64,000 nucleotides of DNA, taken from assembly GCA_963733035.1 (NCBI GenBank), contig CAVTBU010000010.1, positions 64,001 to 128,000 of the forward strand, written 5' to 3'. Positions 29,177 to 40,808 of the stretch are shown in pieces. The position numbers were made by a program, and so were the translations under genes. Numbering within the stretch: the first letter of the stretch is position 1; every line of letters begins with the position of its first letter. Origin of the DNA: Pirellulales bacterium (GTDB lineage Bacteria; Planctomycetota; Planctomycetia; Pirellulales; PALSA-1355). The notes under the pieces were generated by a model. That model was not told the DNA's origin, ran no database searches, and was given only the letters and a program-made list of their open reading frames with translations.

Positions 29177-29728
29177 TCAGCGTTTTGCGAGCAACAGCTC
29201 CAAGTAGCTGCGGCGCTCGCTGTTGCGCAATTCGAGCCGGGTTGCCAGCGCGGCCACGGTCGCCTGCGCTGACTGCATGTTACGTTCGTCGACCAGCAGT
29301 TCGAGTTCAACGAAATCCCCCAGGCCGTCAATGTGGTCGAGTGCCACGACAACCACGTGTCCTTGCCAGGGGAGCGATAGGTGACGGCGACGCTTGCGAA
29401 CTTCCATCACCCTTTGAAACGATAGCACTTCCAGCAGCGACGCTGCCTCGGCGGCTGAACGCTCGCCGTCGGGCAGGGCAATTTCGATCTCTCGGCGGGT
29501 CTTGCTCAGGGAGTCAAGCTTGGGACCCTTGTAGGTAATATAGTTGTGGGGCCCGACGCGGCGCAATCGCAGGGCTTCATCCGTGGCCGCAAAGTCGCGA
29601 AGCGGGTGAGCATAATAGCAGTCGACCTGCACCTGCTCGTCGCCGGCGGTGGCTCCCAATTCGACCAGCTTCTGTTCGAGGGCCGGCAGGTCGTTGACCG
29701 GGAATTTTTGTTCGACTTCGATGGCCAT
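29177..29728 (-). CDS. cyaB: class IV adenylate cyclase / CYTH domain protein
   Basis: IEVEQKF (ExExK), ALRLR, TYKGP, FVELE, SYLELL. Confidence 0.9.
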   Translation of the reverse strand: MAIEVEQKFPVNDLPALEQKLVELGATAGDEQVQVDCYYAHPLRDFAATDEALRLRRVGPHNYITYKGPKLDSLSKTRREIEIALPDGERSAAEAASLLEVLSFQRVMEVRKRRRHLSLPWQGHVVVVALDHIDGLGDFVELELLVDERNMQSAQATVAALATRLELRNSERRSYLELLLAKR

Positions 29729-29789
29729 GATGCCGCTCAGTTGTCGTTAGTGTTTCATTTGGCATGGCCCATTCTGCGAGACTCACCTG

Positions 29790-30425
29790 ATGGATGCAAC
29801 GGGCGAAGGTGCCACTCCCTCGGCTCGGCCGACAAGCTTTTGGGTCTCGCTGGCGGTGCTGGCGGCCGTGATTTTCGTTTACGTGTTGCTGATGACGAAT
29901 CGCGGCCGCACGCCGCAAGGCACGACCGGCCCGGCGATTGGCCGCGGCCTGGCGTATCTGCAACTCGAACCGCTCACGAGTGCCGACCCGGCCGTGACGC
30001 TCAAGGACTTGCAGGGGCGCGTTTCGCTGATCAACTTTTGGGGAACCTGGTGTCCTCCATGCATTCGCGAGCTGCCGCAGATCGTGGAACTGGCCGAGCG
30101 GTTTTCCGATCGCGAGGATTTTCGTCTCTACGCGGTGTCGTGCGGACAGGGGAGCGACGAGCAGCTCGATCCGCTGCGAGAGCAGACGGAAGCGTTTCTC
30201 GAGGCGCGTGGCACGAACCTGCCGACATATGCCGACCAGAATGCCGCTACCCGCCAGGCCATGACCATCAAGCTCGGCGTTTCGATAGCTTACCCGACAA
30301 CGCTTATCCTGGATCGCGCTGGAACGATTCGCGGCTTTTGGCAGGGTTATCAAGGACGTGCCGTCGACGAGATGGGAAGCGTTGTTGAACAACTGCTCGA
30401 CGAGAATTCGCAGGCCGCACGCTAA
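29790..30425 (+). CDS. TlpA/ResA-type membrane-anchored thiol-disulfide oxidoreductase
   Basis: N-terminal TM, INFWGTWCPPCIRELP, YPTT. Confidence 0.9.
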   Translation: MDATGEGATPSARPTSFWVSLAVLAAVIFVYVLLMTNRGRTPQGTTGPAIGRGLAYLQLEPLTSADPAVTLKDLQGRVSLINFWGTWCPPCIRELPQIVELAERFSDREDFRLYAVSCGQGSDEQLDPLREQTEAFLEARGTNLPTYADQNAATRQAMTIKLGVSIAYPTTLILDRAGTIRGFWQGYQGRAVDEMGSVVEQLLDENSQAAR

Positions 30426-30440
30426 AACCTGCGCGTGCGG

Positions 30441-32054
30441 CTAGCCGGCGATGAGTCGGGCCTGCAGCTGTCGCGCGGCAGTTGCGGGATCCTGCGCCGC
30501 GGTGACGGCGCCGCTGACGGCGATTCGCGAGAAGCCGGCGTCGAGAACCTGGTCGACGTTTGCGGCCGTGATGCCGCCAATGGCAAATGCCGGTAAACGG
30601 ATCTCCGCGGCCACGGCGCGGAGGAGTTCTGGACCGGTGAACTCGGCGAATTGTTTCGTGTGCGAGGGGAACGTGGGGCCAACACCGATGTAGTCGGCGC
30701 CGTCCAGCACCGCGGCTCTGGCTTGTTCGAGCGAGTGGGTCGAGAGGCCGACGAGCCCGCGTGGCCCTAGAATTCGCCGTGCGTCCTTGACTGTGAGTTC
30801 GTCCTGGCCGACGTGAACGCCGTCGGCGCCAGCGAGCAGCGCCACGTCGGGACGATCGTTCATGATGAACAACGTCTCTGTGCCCGTGCTGATGTCGCGC
30901 AACAAGCGAGCTCGCTCAAGGAGTTGGCGATCCGCCAGATTCTTATCGCGGAGCTGGAGCACGGATACTCCCGCGCCGATGAGCGACTGAACTGTGCCGC
31001 GAAACGAATCGATCGATGGTCCGCCGTCAATCAGGACATAGAGCTGGGCGCCCGCCAGGCGCTCGATGCCGTGGTGCGTGGTGCCCGTGACTTTTTCGAG
31101 CGTGTAAACGCGATAGCGAAGTTGCTCGATCGTGGCGGCCGTTTCCGGTGACATGGTCTTGGAGAACTCTTCGAGGCTGCGGAGCGACTGTTCGACACGC
31201 TTGAAACTTGCCGACAAGACCGCGGCGAGATTGCTCCGTGTCTGTTCCGCCGGCAGGCTGACGCTGGTGCCGACGTCGGCCTGCGTTTCGCGAGCCGCAT
31301 GCCGCTCGCGATCTCCATAGATGCGGAGGGTGGCGGCGAGTTCATGTCGAATTGCTTTGCACAGCCGCGTCAGATGGCGATCGTCGAGATGAAAGCGGAG
31401 ATAGTCTTCAATGACCCGCAGGCCCTCTCCCGCCCGATTGGCGGCGGCATCCAGGATGCGCAGCGCCGCGATCTGTTCGCTGGGCCCGTTGGCCGCCGGC
31501 TCTTGCGCCGGTGTGTCGGTCGCAGCGACTCGTATCCACTCGCTTGGCGCCGCCGCGGTCGGTTCGATCGGGTCGACCAGTAGCGGTTCGTCTAGATCAT
31601 CGAGCGGCAGCGGGCCGGGTTGATGGCCTGATAAGCGGTGGACTTCCGCTTCGAGCGCATCCGAATAGAGACCGCAATCGGCCAACCACGAAGAAACGCG
31701 GTTCTCGGTGGCGACAAGTCCGAGCAACAGGTGTTCGGTGGCCAGTTCCAGCGGCCGGGGATAGTCCTCAAGGAGTCGTTCAGCCGCATCCAGACAGGCA
31801 TTCCACTCGTTCGAAAATGACCGGGCGTTGCAATCTCGAGGCGCCGACAGTTGTCGGAGCTTGGGAAACTGCCGGCGAACGGCCGCCTCGTCGATGTGAA
31901 AGCCAGCCAGCAGGAGCGCAGCGCGACACTCGGGCTCGGCCAACAAGCCGAGCAAGACCTCGGGCAGGCCCAGGTCGTCAGATTCGTCACAACTGATCCA
32001 TCCGGCGGCGACGCGGAGTGCCCGCTCGGCACCAGGAGTAAATTCGCTTCGCAT
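30441..32054 (-). CDS. thiE: thiamine-phosphate synthase with N-terminal Clp-N repeats and helical ThiD2-like domain
   Basis: LQLRDK, IMNDR, GVHVGQDE, GLSTH, GPTFPSHTK, AIGGI; DAAANRAGEGLRVIED; N-terminal FTPGAERAL...TEHLLLGL. Confidence 0.92.
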   Translation of the reverse strand: MRSEFTPGAERALRVAAGWISCDESDDLGLPEVLLGLLAEPECRAALLLAGFHIDEAAVRRQFPKLRQLSAPRDCNARSFSNEWNACLDAAERLLEDYPRPLELATEHLLLGLVATENRVSSWLADCGLYSDALEAEVHRLSGHQPGPLPLDDLDEPLLVDPIEPTAAAPSEWIRVAATDTPAQEPAANGPSEQIAALRILDAAANRAGEGLRVIEDYLRFHLDDRHLTRLCKAIRHELAATLRIYGDRERHAARETQADVGTSVSLPAEQTRSNLAAVLSASFKRVEQSLRSLEEFSKTMSPETAATIEQLRYRVYTLEKVTGTTHHGIERLAGAQLYVLIDGGPSIDSFRGTVQSLIGAGVSVLQLRDKNLADRQLLERARLLRDISTGTETLFIMNDRPDVALLAGADGVHVGQDELTVKDARRILGPRGLVGLSTHSLEQARAAVLDGADYIGVGPTFPSHTKQFAEFTGPELLRAVAAEIRLPAFAIGGITAANVDQVLDAGFSRIAVSGAVTAAQDPATAARQLQARLIAG

Positions 32055-32290
32055 ACCCTTAATCTAGACGAGGCAGGGCTTATCGACGAGTCACGGCGAT
32101 TGGCGTCCAATTGCAAGGGTTGCGGACGACAGTGGGCGCTAGCGGCGCTAAGTCCGGTCTAGCTCCTAACTCCAAGCGGCTCTTTCAGTTGCCTTGCTCC
32201 AGTGGGTTCTAAGAGTTAGAATTCCCTGGCGTTTCATGCCGTCGAGGTTGGCGGCATCGGCGCCAAGGCGCGCGAAGGAGTTAACCTACC

Positions 32291-32869
32291 ATGGTACGGA
32301 TGCCGTGGACGACCTATCTTTGGCCCGGATTACCACAGTTGTGGCGTCACGGCCTGTGGTGGGGGTTGGCCCTGGCCGTGGGATTTGGTGTTCTGCTTAA
32401 CACGTTGCTGATGGCCAGTTTCGTGTGGGTCGAACTACTAAGCGCGGGCACGTTACGGCTCGCGTGGATCGCGATTGGCATCTTGTGGTTGGGTTCTGCC
32501 GCGGCATCGGCCTGGCATAGTTGGGGCGTGGTACCTCGCGTCAGCGGCTCGGCCGAGGCAATGTTTCGTGCTGCCCTGTGCGAATACCTAAAGGGAAACT
32601 GGTTCGAAGCGGAACAGACGCTCGGACGGCTGCTGCAAATGCGGCCCCGCGACGTCGAGGCACGGCTGATGTTGGCCACGCTGCTGCGGCACAATGCGAG
32701 ATACTCCGAGGCCAGCGAGCAGTTGAGCCAACTTGAGCTACTGCAAGACGCCAAACGCTGGGCGCTGGAGATCGGCGTCGAAAGACAAACGATTGCTGAA
32801 AACCTGGAAACCGAGCCCCTACGCCGGGAACACGAACCATTTGAAGCCGCACCTCCACATGCGGCCTGA
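32291..32869 (+). CDS. membrane protein with C-terminal TPR
   Basis: LWPGLPQLW, 2-3 TM segments, TPR-like helices (YLKGNWFEAE...PRDVEARLMLA). Confidence 0.75.
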   Translation: MVRMPWTTYLWPGLPQLWRHGLWWGLALAVGFGVLLNTLLMASFVWVELLSAGTLRLAWIAIGILWLGSAAASAWHSWGVVPRVSGSAEAMFRAALCEYLKGNWFEAEQTLGRLLQMRPRDVEARLMLATLLRHNARYSEASEQLSQLELLQDAKRWALEIGVERQTIAENLETEPLRREHEPFEAAPPHAA

Positions 32870-33049
32870 CGCGAAATCAATCGGCAAACGGCACAAATTT
32901 GTTTTTGTTGCGTAGAGAAGGCGACTCACGTCCCTACCCTCAGCACCAGTACATCCCTAGAATTTCGGGTGGAACGCGACCGACTGACAAAAGGCGGGAT
33001 GCCCGGCAAGTGACAATGCCTGCCGGGCACCGCATTAACGGAGAGCATC

Positions 33050-35590
33050 ATGTACGAGCGATTTACCGATCGGGCCCGAAAAGTCATGCAGCTGGCCAAT
33101 CAGGAGGCGCAGCGCTTTAACCACGAGTACATCGGCACCGAACACGTGCTGTTGGGCTTGATCAAGGAAGGCAGCGGTGTGGCGGCCAATGTGCTGAAGA
33201 ACCTGGACGTCGACCTTCGCAAAATCCGCCTCGAAGTCGAGAAGCTTGTGCAGAGCGGTCCGGACATGGTCACGATGGGCAAGCTGCCGCAAACGCCGCG
33301 GGCCAAGAAGGTCATCGAATACTCGATGGAAGAAGCTCGCAATCTGAACCACAACTACGTGGGCACCGAGCACATCCTGTTGGGATTGCTGCGCGAGCAG
33401 GAGGGGGTGGCCGCGCAGGTGCTGATGAACCTGGGGCTCAAGCTCGAGGAAGTTCGCGAGGAAGTGCTCAATCTGCTGGGTCACGGCCTGGAAGGAAGCG
33501 AAGGTGGCGAACGTGGCGGCAGCGAGCGAAGCGGTAGCGGCGGCGAGTCGCCCAAGAGCGGCAAGTCGAAGACGCCCGCCCTCGATAGCTTTGGCCGCGA
33601 CCTGACGGAGCTGGCCCGCCAGGGCAAGCTCGATCCGGTGATCGGCCGCGAGAAAGAAATCGAGCGTGCCATTCAGATTCTGAGCCGCCGAACGAAAAAC
33701 AATCCCGTGCTGTTGGGCGAAGCTGGCGTGGGCAAAACGGCCATCGTCGAGGGCTTCGCACAACGCGTCGTTGAAGGCAACGTGCCCGAACTGCTGGCCG
33801 ACCGGCGGATCGTGGTGTTAGACCTGGCCATGATGGTGGCCGGCACCAAGTACCGCGGCCAATTCGAAGAGCGGATCAAGGCCGTGATGAACGAAGTTCG
33901 CCGGGCCAAGAATACGATCCTGTTTATCGACGAGCTGCACACGTTGGTCGGGGCAGGCGGAGCCGAAGGGGCGATCGACGCGTCGAACGTGCTCAAACCG
34001 GCCCTGGCCCGCGGCGAGATTCAGTGCATCGGCGCCACGACGCTCGACGAGTACCGCAAGTACATTGAAAAAGACAGCGCGCTGGATCGCCGCTTCCAGG
34101 TGGTGATGGTCGAGCCCTCGACCAAATCCGAAACGATCGAAATTCTCAAGGGACTTCGCGATCGCTACGAGCAGCACCACCGCGTGCAAATCACCGACGA
34201 CGCGCTGGCCGCCTCGGTCGAACTTTCGAGCCGATACATCACCGGCCGCTGCTTACCCGACAAAGCCATCGATGTGATTGACGAGGCGGGTGCCCGCGTG
34301 CGGCTCAAGGCCATGACCCGTCCGCCCGACTTGAAGGAGATCGACAGCGAGGTCGAGGCTCTGAACAAGGACAAGGAAGAAGCCGTGGCCAATCAGGATT
34401 TCGAGCGTGCGGCATCGCTGCGGGATCAGGCCGATAAGCTCAAGAAGAAGAAGCAAAACATCACCCGCGACTGGCGCGAGAAATCGCGCGAGGCCGACGG
34501 CGTGGTCGATGAGGAAGTGATCGCCGAAGTGGTCAGCAAGATGACCGGCATCCCGCTGACGCGAATGACGACGGAAGACAGCATGCGGCTGATGCAGATG
34601 GAAACGGATCTGCACTCCCGCGTGATCAGCCAGGAAGAGGCCATCAAAAGTATCTCGAAGGCGGTGCGCCGCAGCCGTAGCGGATTGAAGGATCCGAAAC
34701 GGCCCACCGGTTGCTTCATCTTTGCCGGCCCCACGGGCGTCGGCAAAACGCTCCTGGCCAAGGCCCTGGCCGGATTCATGTTTGGCGATGACGACGCGCT
34801 GATCCAGATCGACATGAGCGAGTATATGGAAAAGCACAACGTCAGCCGGCTGATCGGTGCCCCGCCGGGTTACGTGGGTTTCGAGGAAGGCGGCCAGTTG
34901 ACCGAAAAGATTCGCCGCCGTCCGTACGCGGTGGTCTTGCTCGACGAAATCGAGAAGGCCCACCCCGACGTGTTCAACATGCTGTTGCAGGTCATGGAAG
35001 AAGGCCGATTGACCGACAGCTTCGGTCGCAACGTCGACTTCCGCAACGCGATCCTGATTATGACCACCAATGCGGGTGCCGAAGCGATCAAGAACGAGAG
35101 CGCCTTTGGTTTTCAGGCTCCGGACGACGACGCGTCGTACGAGAACATGAAGGCCCGCGTGATGGAACGAATCGAGCGCGTGTTCCGGCCGGAGTTCTTG
35201 AACCGGGTCGACGACGTGATCGTGTTCCGCCATTTGACGGTTGATGACCTCAAGCAGGTGGTGGATCTGGAACTGGGCAAGGTGCGCGAGCGACTCGCCG
35301 AGCGTGGCTTGAAGCTGGAACTCAGCGACGAGGCCAAGAAGTTCCTGATCCGCAAGGGATCGAACACCGACTTCGGTGCCCGGCCCCTCCGCCGTTCGAT
35401 TGAAAACTTCGTCGAGGATCCGCTCTCCGAGGAGCTGCTCAAGGGCGAGTTCCAAGGGAAGGACACGATTCTGGTCGACGTCAAGGAAGTGGGCGACAAG
35501 AAGCAACTGTTCTTTACGGGCACCGTTGCCGAGGGTGAAGAAGCCGCGGTGGGTGCCAGCAGCGGTTCGGAAGAAAAGCCCGAGGCGTAA
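33050..35590 (+). CDS. clpC: ATP-dependent Clp protease ATP-binding subunit ClpC
   Basis: [12 protein letters not shown], two Walker A motifs ([16 protein letters not shown]), UVR middle domain, GARPLRR. Confidence 0.97.
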   Translation: MYERFTDRARKVMQLANQEAQRFNHEYIGTEHVLLGLIKEGSGVAANVLKNLDVDLRKIRLEVEKLVQSGPDMVTMGKLPQTPRAKKVIEYSMEEARNLNHNYVGTEHILLGLLREQEGVAAQVLMNLGLKLEEVREEVLNLLGHGLEGSEGGERGGSERSGSGGESPKSGKSKTPALDSFGRDLTELARQGKLDPVIGREKEIERAIQILSRRTKNNPVLLGEAGVGKTAIVEGFAQRVVEGNVPELLADRRIVVLDLAMMVAGTKYRGQFEERIKAVMNEVRRAKNTILFIDELHTLVGAGGAEGAIDASNVLKPALARGEIQCIGATTLDEYRKYIEKDSALDRRFQVVMVEPSTKSETIEILKGLRDRYEQHHRVQITDDALAASVELSSRYITGRCLPDKAIDVIDEAGARVRLKAMTRPPDLKEIDSEVEALNKDKEEAVANQDFERAASLRDQADKLKKKKQNITRDWREKSREADGVVDEEVIAEVVSKMTGIPLTRMTTEDSMRLMQMETDLHSRVISQEEAIKSISKAVRRSRSGLKDPKRPTGCFIFAGPTGVGKTLLAKALAGFMFGDDDALIQIDMSEYMEKHNVSRLIGAPPGYVGFEEGGQLTEKIRRRPYAVVLLDEIEKAHPDVFNMLLQVMEEGRLTDSFGRNVDFRNAILIMTTNAGAEAIKNESAFGFQAPDDDASYENMKARVMERIERVFRPEFLNRVDDVIVFRHLTVDDLKQVVDLELGKVRERLAERGLKLELSDEAKKFLIRKGSNTDFGARPLRRSIENFVEDPLSEELLKGEFQGKDTILVDVKEVGDKKQLFFTGTVAEGEEAAVGASSGSEEKPEA

Positions 35591-35619
35591 GCGTCCGATA
35601 GCGGTCGAAGACCAAACTT

Positions 35620-35660
35620 CGCCGTCCGCTGGCCCAGTGCCGGTGGGCGGCGGTTTTTTT
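35620..35660 (+). terminator. rho-independent terminator after clpC
   Basis: GC-rich stem CGCCGTCCGCTGGC...GCCGGTGGGCGGCG followed by a T7 tract. Confidence 0.75.
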
Positions 35661-35742
35661 GGGGTAACAAGGCCCCGGCGCCGTGCGCCAGTAGAATGGT
35701 GTTGGCGTCCTTTCTTGCGCATCGTTTGCGACCGGAGACTTC

Positions 35743-36653
35743 GTGATGCGGCGGCTTGCGAGTCGGTGCGGCGCACTTGGCGTTCTAATTTGCGGTTCGA
35801 TTGGCGCCAGCCGCGCCGAGAATGTGCTTGCGACAGAACCCCATGCCGAAGCGGTTTCGCCATCGGCCTTCGACGGGAAGCAGGCCGGTGCCCAGCGGCA
35901 GGTCGAGGGCATTGCGCTCTGTTGGTGCCCGCCCGGGCGATTCGTGATGGGCAGCCCGCGGAATGAGCCGGAGTCGCCGACCGGGCGAAGATCAGGTCGA
36001 GGTGACTTTGACCAAAGGATTCTGGATCGGCAAATATGAGATCACACAGGGAGACTGGAAACGAATTGTCGGCGAACTGCCGGGCAAGCTGACGGAGGAG
36101 CTACCTGCGGGTGACAACCTGCCGGTGGGCAATGTGAACTTCGCCGAGGCCGAAGCGTTTTGCAAAATGCTTACCGAGCTGGGACGAAAGGCGGGACAAC
36201 TGCCCGGCGATTGGGAGTTTCGACTGCCCACCGAAGCGCAATGGGAATATGCCTGCCGGGCAGGAACGACAACGGCCACCGCATTTGGCGACCAACTCAG
36301 TAGCCGCCAGGCGAACTTCAAGGGGCGGCCGTACAATGGCGCAGCGGCCGGGCCAGCGCTCGAATCGTGCCGCGCCCGTGGGAAGTTACCCGCCGAATGC
36401 CTGGGGCCTGCACGACATGCACGGCAATACCTTCGAGTGGTGTCGCGATTGGTACCACCGGCGGTTGCCGGGTGGCACCGACCCGGACTTGTATGCTGCC
36501 CGGTCCACGGCGACTCGAAGTGAACAGGGCGGAGTGTCGCGATCGCGCCGCGGTGGTTGCTGGGCTGACTGCCGGAGCGCCTTTCGGCTGCGGTTCGAAC
36601 CGGAGCGGAAGTACGACCACATTGGGTTTCGCGTGGTCGCGGTCAGACCGTAG
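35743..36653 (+). CDS. formylglycine-generating enzyme (FGE-sulfatase) family protein; frameshifts near 35975 and 36360
   Basis: FVMGSP, KYEITQ, RLPTEAQWEYACRAG, NAWGLHDMHGN, RGG.W, GFRV spread over three frames. Confidence 0.85.
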
Positions 36654-36931
36654 TAGGCGGAAGCCGCCAAGCGCAATTGCGCCATCTGCGGAGGTTTCAC
36701 CGACCGAGCGGCCGTATAATGCGCGGACAAGGAAGAGCTTGCGGCCGACTTTCGGCTGGGACGCTAGCAAGCCGTCGCCGACCGGGGAAGATCGTCTTGC
36801 CTGGTTTACCTGGGCGTTGGTTTTCGTCTGATCGGCAATCTTTTCTCAAGCGGCAGGGTGGCCGCGACGAAGAATCCCTGATAGCCGGGGCAGCGCGCGC
36901 CGCGGCATTGCTGGCAACTGGATCCTCGCAC

Positions 36932-37798
36932 ATGTCCTCTTCACCACTGTCGCACGAACGTACCAACCACGGCTTTGTCGAGGCCGTGGCCGATTGGGTT
37001 GCCAGCCTGGGTGGGTTGGTGATGAACTGGGTGATTGCGATCGAGGACGTGCTCGAATTCTTTTTGCGCACCTTGGCTTGGATCCTGCGACGCCGTCCGC
37101 GTGCCGACACGCTGCTGCCGAACTTTTACCAGATTGGGGTCTTGAGCTTGCCGGTGGTTGCCCTGACGGGCACCTTCATCGGCATGGTGCTGGCCGTGCA
37201 AAGCCACACGCAGTTTCGACAATTGAACATGGAGACGCGGCTGGGAGCCGTAATCAACATGTCGCTGGTGCGTGAGTTGGGACCGGTGCTGGCCGCCACG
37301 ATGCTGGCCGGCCGCGTTGGTAGTGCCATGGCGGCAGAGCTGGGCACGATGCGCGTGACCGAGCAAATCGACGCCCTGTCGAGCATGGGCGCCAATCCGA
37401 TTCACTACCTGGTCGTGCCGCGGTTCATTGCCTGCCTGGTCTTGATACCCTGCTTGACCATCATGGCCGACTTCATGGGGGTGGCGGGTGGTTACTTTTA
37501 CAGCATTTACGTCCTGGGGATCGACGCCAATCACTACATGGAGAACTCGCGTAACTTCGTCGGCGCGTTCGACCTGTTCTCTGGCGTGTTTAAGAGCCTG
37601 TTTTTCGGCGCGGCAATTGCCGTCATCAGTTGTTATCGCGGTTTTCATTGCGACCCGGGCGCCGAGGGCGTGGGCCGCGCCGCGACGAGCGCGTTCGTCA
37701 TTTCGTTCGTAATGATCCTCGTGCTCGACCTGTTTCTCGGCATCGCACTCGACAACTTGTATCTGATCCTTTGGCCCAACGGCACAAGCCTGTTGTAG
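36932..37798 (+). CDS. mlaE: ABC permease MlaE
   Basis: VRELGPVL, AGRVGSAMAAELGTMRVTEQIDAL, GAEGVGRAAT. Confidence 0.93.
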   Translation: MSSSPLSHERTNHGFVEAVADWVASLGGLVMNWVIAIEDVLEFFLRTLAWILRRRPRADTLLPNFYQIGVLSLPVVALTGTFIGMVLAVQSHTQFRQLNMETRLGAVINMSLVRELGPVLAATMLAGRVGSAMAAELGTMRVTEQIDALSSMGANPIHYLVVPRFIACLVLIPCLTIMADFMGVAGGYFYSIYVLGIDANHYMENSRNFVGAFDLFSGVFKSLFFGAAIAVISCYRGFHCDPGAEGVGRAATSAFVISFVMILVLDLFLGIALDNLYLILWPNGTSLL

Positions 37799-37811
37799 GA
37801 AAGTTTCGCCG

Positions 37812-38669
37812 ATGTCCATTTCCGCATCCCAAGCGCAACGGCAAGAGCGGTCACGGTCTGACGGGCCGATGGTCGAATTGCGCGATGTCGACATGGTGTT
37901 TGGCCGTGGTCAGGTCCTGCGCAAGATCAACCTGACGATTCCACGCGGGCAAACGCTCGTCATCATCGGCGAAAGCGGCTGCGGCAAGACCGTGCTGCTC
38001 AAGACAATCATCGGGCTGATCCGCCCCACGCGCGGGCAGGTGCTGTTTGACGGACAGGATCTGGCCAAGCTGTCCGAGGCCCAACTGACCCACGAGCGGA
38101 CGCGATTTGGATTTGTGTTTCAGGGGGCCGCGCTGTTCGACAGCATGACGATCGGCCAGAACGTGAGCTTTCCGCTCCGCGAACATACCAAGGCCACGCC
38201 CGAAGAGATGCGAGAAACCGTGATCAATCGCCTGGGCGAGGTGGGCCTGCCAGACAGCATCCTGCGCAAGAAACCGGCAGAGCTTTCCGGCGGCATGCGC
38301 AAGCGAGTGGGCCTGGCCCGCGCGCTGGCGCTCAATCCGGAGTTGGTACTCTACGACGAACCCACGACCGGGCTCGATCCGATCATGAGCGACGTCATTA
38401 ACGAGCTGATTCTGCGAACGCGGCAGCAGCACCAGGTGACGAGCGTGGTGGTGACGCACGACATGCATACGGCCCGCAAGGTTTCTGATCGCGTGATCAT
38501 GCTCTATCCGCTCAGCCGATTACGTCACGATGAACCGCAAATCCTGTTCGACGGTCCGGCTGAGCAGCTGGACCGGTCCGATGATCCGCGGGTGACGCAA
38601 TTTGTCAACGGCGAGGCGGGCGAGCGGTTGATGGAACTACGCAAGTTGACCGAAAGCCACAGGAATTGA
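37812..38669 (+). CDS. mlaF: ABC ATPase MlaF
   Basis: GESGCGKT, FQGAALFDS, LSGGMRKRV, YDEPTTGLDP. Confidence 0.93.
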   Translation: MSISASQAQRQERSRSDGPMVELRDVDMVFGRGQVLRKINLTIPRGQTLVIIGESGCGKTVLLKTIIGLIRPTRGQVLFDGQDLAKLSEAQLTHERTRFGFVFQGAALFDSMTIGQNVSFPLREHTKATPEEMRETVINRLGEVGLPDSILRKKPAELSGGMRKRVGLARALALNPELVLYDEPTTGLDPIMSDVINELILRTRQQHQVTSVVVTHDMHTARKVSDRVIMLYPLSRLRHDEPQILFDGPAEQLDRSDDPRVTQFVNGEAGERLMELRKLTESHRN

Positions 38670-38730
38670 ACCGAGACTCCCCGTGCCGGTGGACCTTGTT
38701 CCGGCCGGCCGGGTTTTTGTGAAGTGATCC

Positions 38731-39950
38731 ATGGACGAACGTGTTATTAAATTCCGCGTGGGCGTGATGGTCCTGGCGACCTTGATCATCGCGGGGATCC
38801 TCGTGCTGTTGTTCGGCGACACCCCGTCACTGGTGCGCGACGACTACACCGTCTACATGCACTTCGAAGACGCTCCGGGCGTCAGCGAGGGGACGCCGGT
38901 GCGCAAAAGCGGGATCCTCATCGGCCGCGTGCGGAGCGTCCGTTTTGCCGAACAGGGCGGAGTGATCGTGGAGGCGGAAATCTATCGCGACGTCAAGCTC
39001 TATCACAGCGAAGTGCCCCAGGTGAGCGGATCGCTGCTGGGGGGCGACGTCGTGATTCAGTTCGTGCGCCGCTCATCGAACGTGCCTTCCGAACTAGCCG
39101 CGCCCCCGCCGGCCGCAACCGGCCGCTCGCGGGACGGTGCGCCGCAGGTGCTCACGGGCGCCGCCGATCAGCAGCCCGTCAAGGAGCAACCCGCGCCCTT
39201 CCGGGTCCCGACCAGGTGGTGCAGCCGGGTGAGTACATTGAGGGCGTGGTGGCTCCCAACGCGTTTCAAGTAATTAGCAATATGCAGGGAGAGCTGAACG
39301 AGGCAATCAAGGCACTCTCAAATGCCGGCAACGAAGTCAGCAAGCTGGCGGCCAACGTGAACAAGGTGCTGGAGAGCAACGACGAACAGATCAATCGCAT
39401 CATCGGCGAGACCGAAAAGGCGATCACGACGTTTCAGGTCGCGATGGACAATGTCAACGACGTGATCGGCGACGAGAAAGTGCGCGAAAACCTGAAGAAA
39501 ATGGCCGACAACCTGCCGCAGCTGTTGGACGACAGCCGTTCGGCGGTCAATACCATTCGCACCACCATGGAGGGAGTCGACCGCAATCTGCGAAACATGG
39601 AGGGCTTCACCGGACCGCTCGGCGAGCGGGGAGACGAGATTGTCAATCGGATCGATCGCTCGGTCGGCCAGCTCGACGAACTGCTGAGCATCATGTCGGA
39701 CTTTGGCCGCAAGTTGAACAGCGGGCAGGGCTCACTCAACCGTCTGATGAACGACCCGGAGCTGTATAACAGCCTGGCGGCCTCGGCCAAGAACATCCAA
39801 TGCGTGACGCAAGAGCTGAAGCCGATCATGTCCGACGTTCGCATCTTCACGGATCGAATTGCCCGACACCCCGAGGTCATTGGGCTGAGTGGAGCAATTC
39901 GAAAGAGCCCCGGCACCAAGTGGCCGCTGGGGGGCGATGGCGCTCAATAG
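38731..39950 (+). CDS. mlaD: MlaD/MCE family protein, frameshift near 39197
   Basis: N-terminal TM, F.DAPGV..GTPVRKSGILIGRV MCE motif; coiled-coil tail GSLNRLMNDPELY in the next frame. Confidence 0.88.
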
Positions 39951-39995
39951 CGGTTTGCCGATGGGTTCAAGATCGGCACGCCTGCGGCGAATGTC

Positions 39996-40541
39996 TTAAT
40001 AGGGGAACGGGCTGCCCGGCCGCGTTGTTTTGGGTGGCGAAGCCGGAAGTCCCAGTCGCGGCCCATCGGTACGGCTACCGTAGACCGGCGTGGTCGGCGG
40101 CGCGGGCATCGGCGGCCCACTCGCGGCGTGGCGGAGGTTTTCGCCCCGTTCCAAAAGTTGCACGTTGGGGATGACCGTTTGCGGTTGCAATTGGTACTCC
40201 ACCACCCGATTGTCGCGGATCTCTCCGGGTACCAGGTTTTCGGTGATGAAGTCGATGACCGGGTACTGATACCAGGGAGCCGGAATCGGCTGCATGATCG
40301 TCAGCGTTTCATAACCGCTTTTCACCAGCCGCATTTTGCGGGTACCGTAGTACACGAAATCGGTTGACACCGGAGTGGTGCCGATCTGGTAGTCGTCCAC
40401 GTAGACCAGGGCGCCGGGGGGATTGGAGCGAATCGTCAATCGGCGCTGGACGCAGCCGGCTTGCAAGGCGCAGAGCATGAGCGCCCCCAGCCACCAGGGG
40501 CTGTGTGTGGCCCAAGTTCGAAAGCGTCGACGAGGCGTCAC
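39996..40541 (-). CDS. PEGA domain lipoprotein
   Basis: AGC lipobox, LTIRSNPPGALVYVDD..IGTTP; start uncertain. Confidence 0.8.
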   Translation of the reverse strand: MTPRRRFRTWATHSPWWLGALMLCALQAGCVQRRLTIRSNPPGALVYVDDYQIGTTPVSTDFVYYGTRKMRLVKSGYETLTIMQPIPAPWYQYPVIDFITENLVPGEIRDNRVVEYQLQPQTVIPNVQLLERGENLRHAASGPPMPAPPTTPVYGSRTDGPRLGLPASPPKTTRPGSPFPY

Positions 40542-40808
40542 GAGATTGAAGTTCGAATGCGTCCGAGAAATGAAACGCGCAGCGTGCCGAACGGCAGCGG
40601 CGGAGTATAGGAGTCAGGCTAACAGCCTGCCAGACCGATTCGTCGACGGTGGCATCCTGCCGCGCTGTTCGGTTGACGAGCAGGCCGGTTTCGCGGAGAG
40701 CCAGCCATCGGGGGAGGGCCCGCGCTCTGTTGCGGCGCGATTTGGTGGGTTAGAATGGGGTTTTTGGAGTGTTCGGACAAAACCGGCGGCACCTTTCCCC
40801 AAAGCGCG

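Noticed and set aside
32880..32915. sigma-54 promoter or CtsR/CIRCE site upstream of clpC
   Set aside because: GGCAC is present but there is no GC at the -12 spacing; no recognisable CtsR or CIRCE repeat.
35743..36653. Diversity-generating retroelement targeting the FGE gene
   Set aside because: No reverse transcriptase, template repeat or avd seen in the window.
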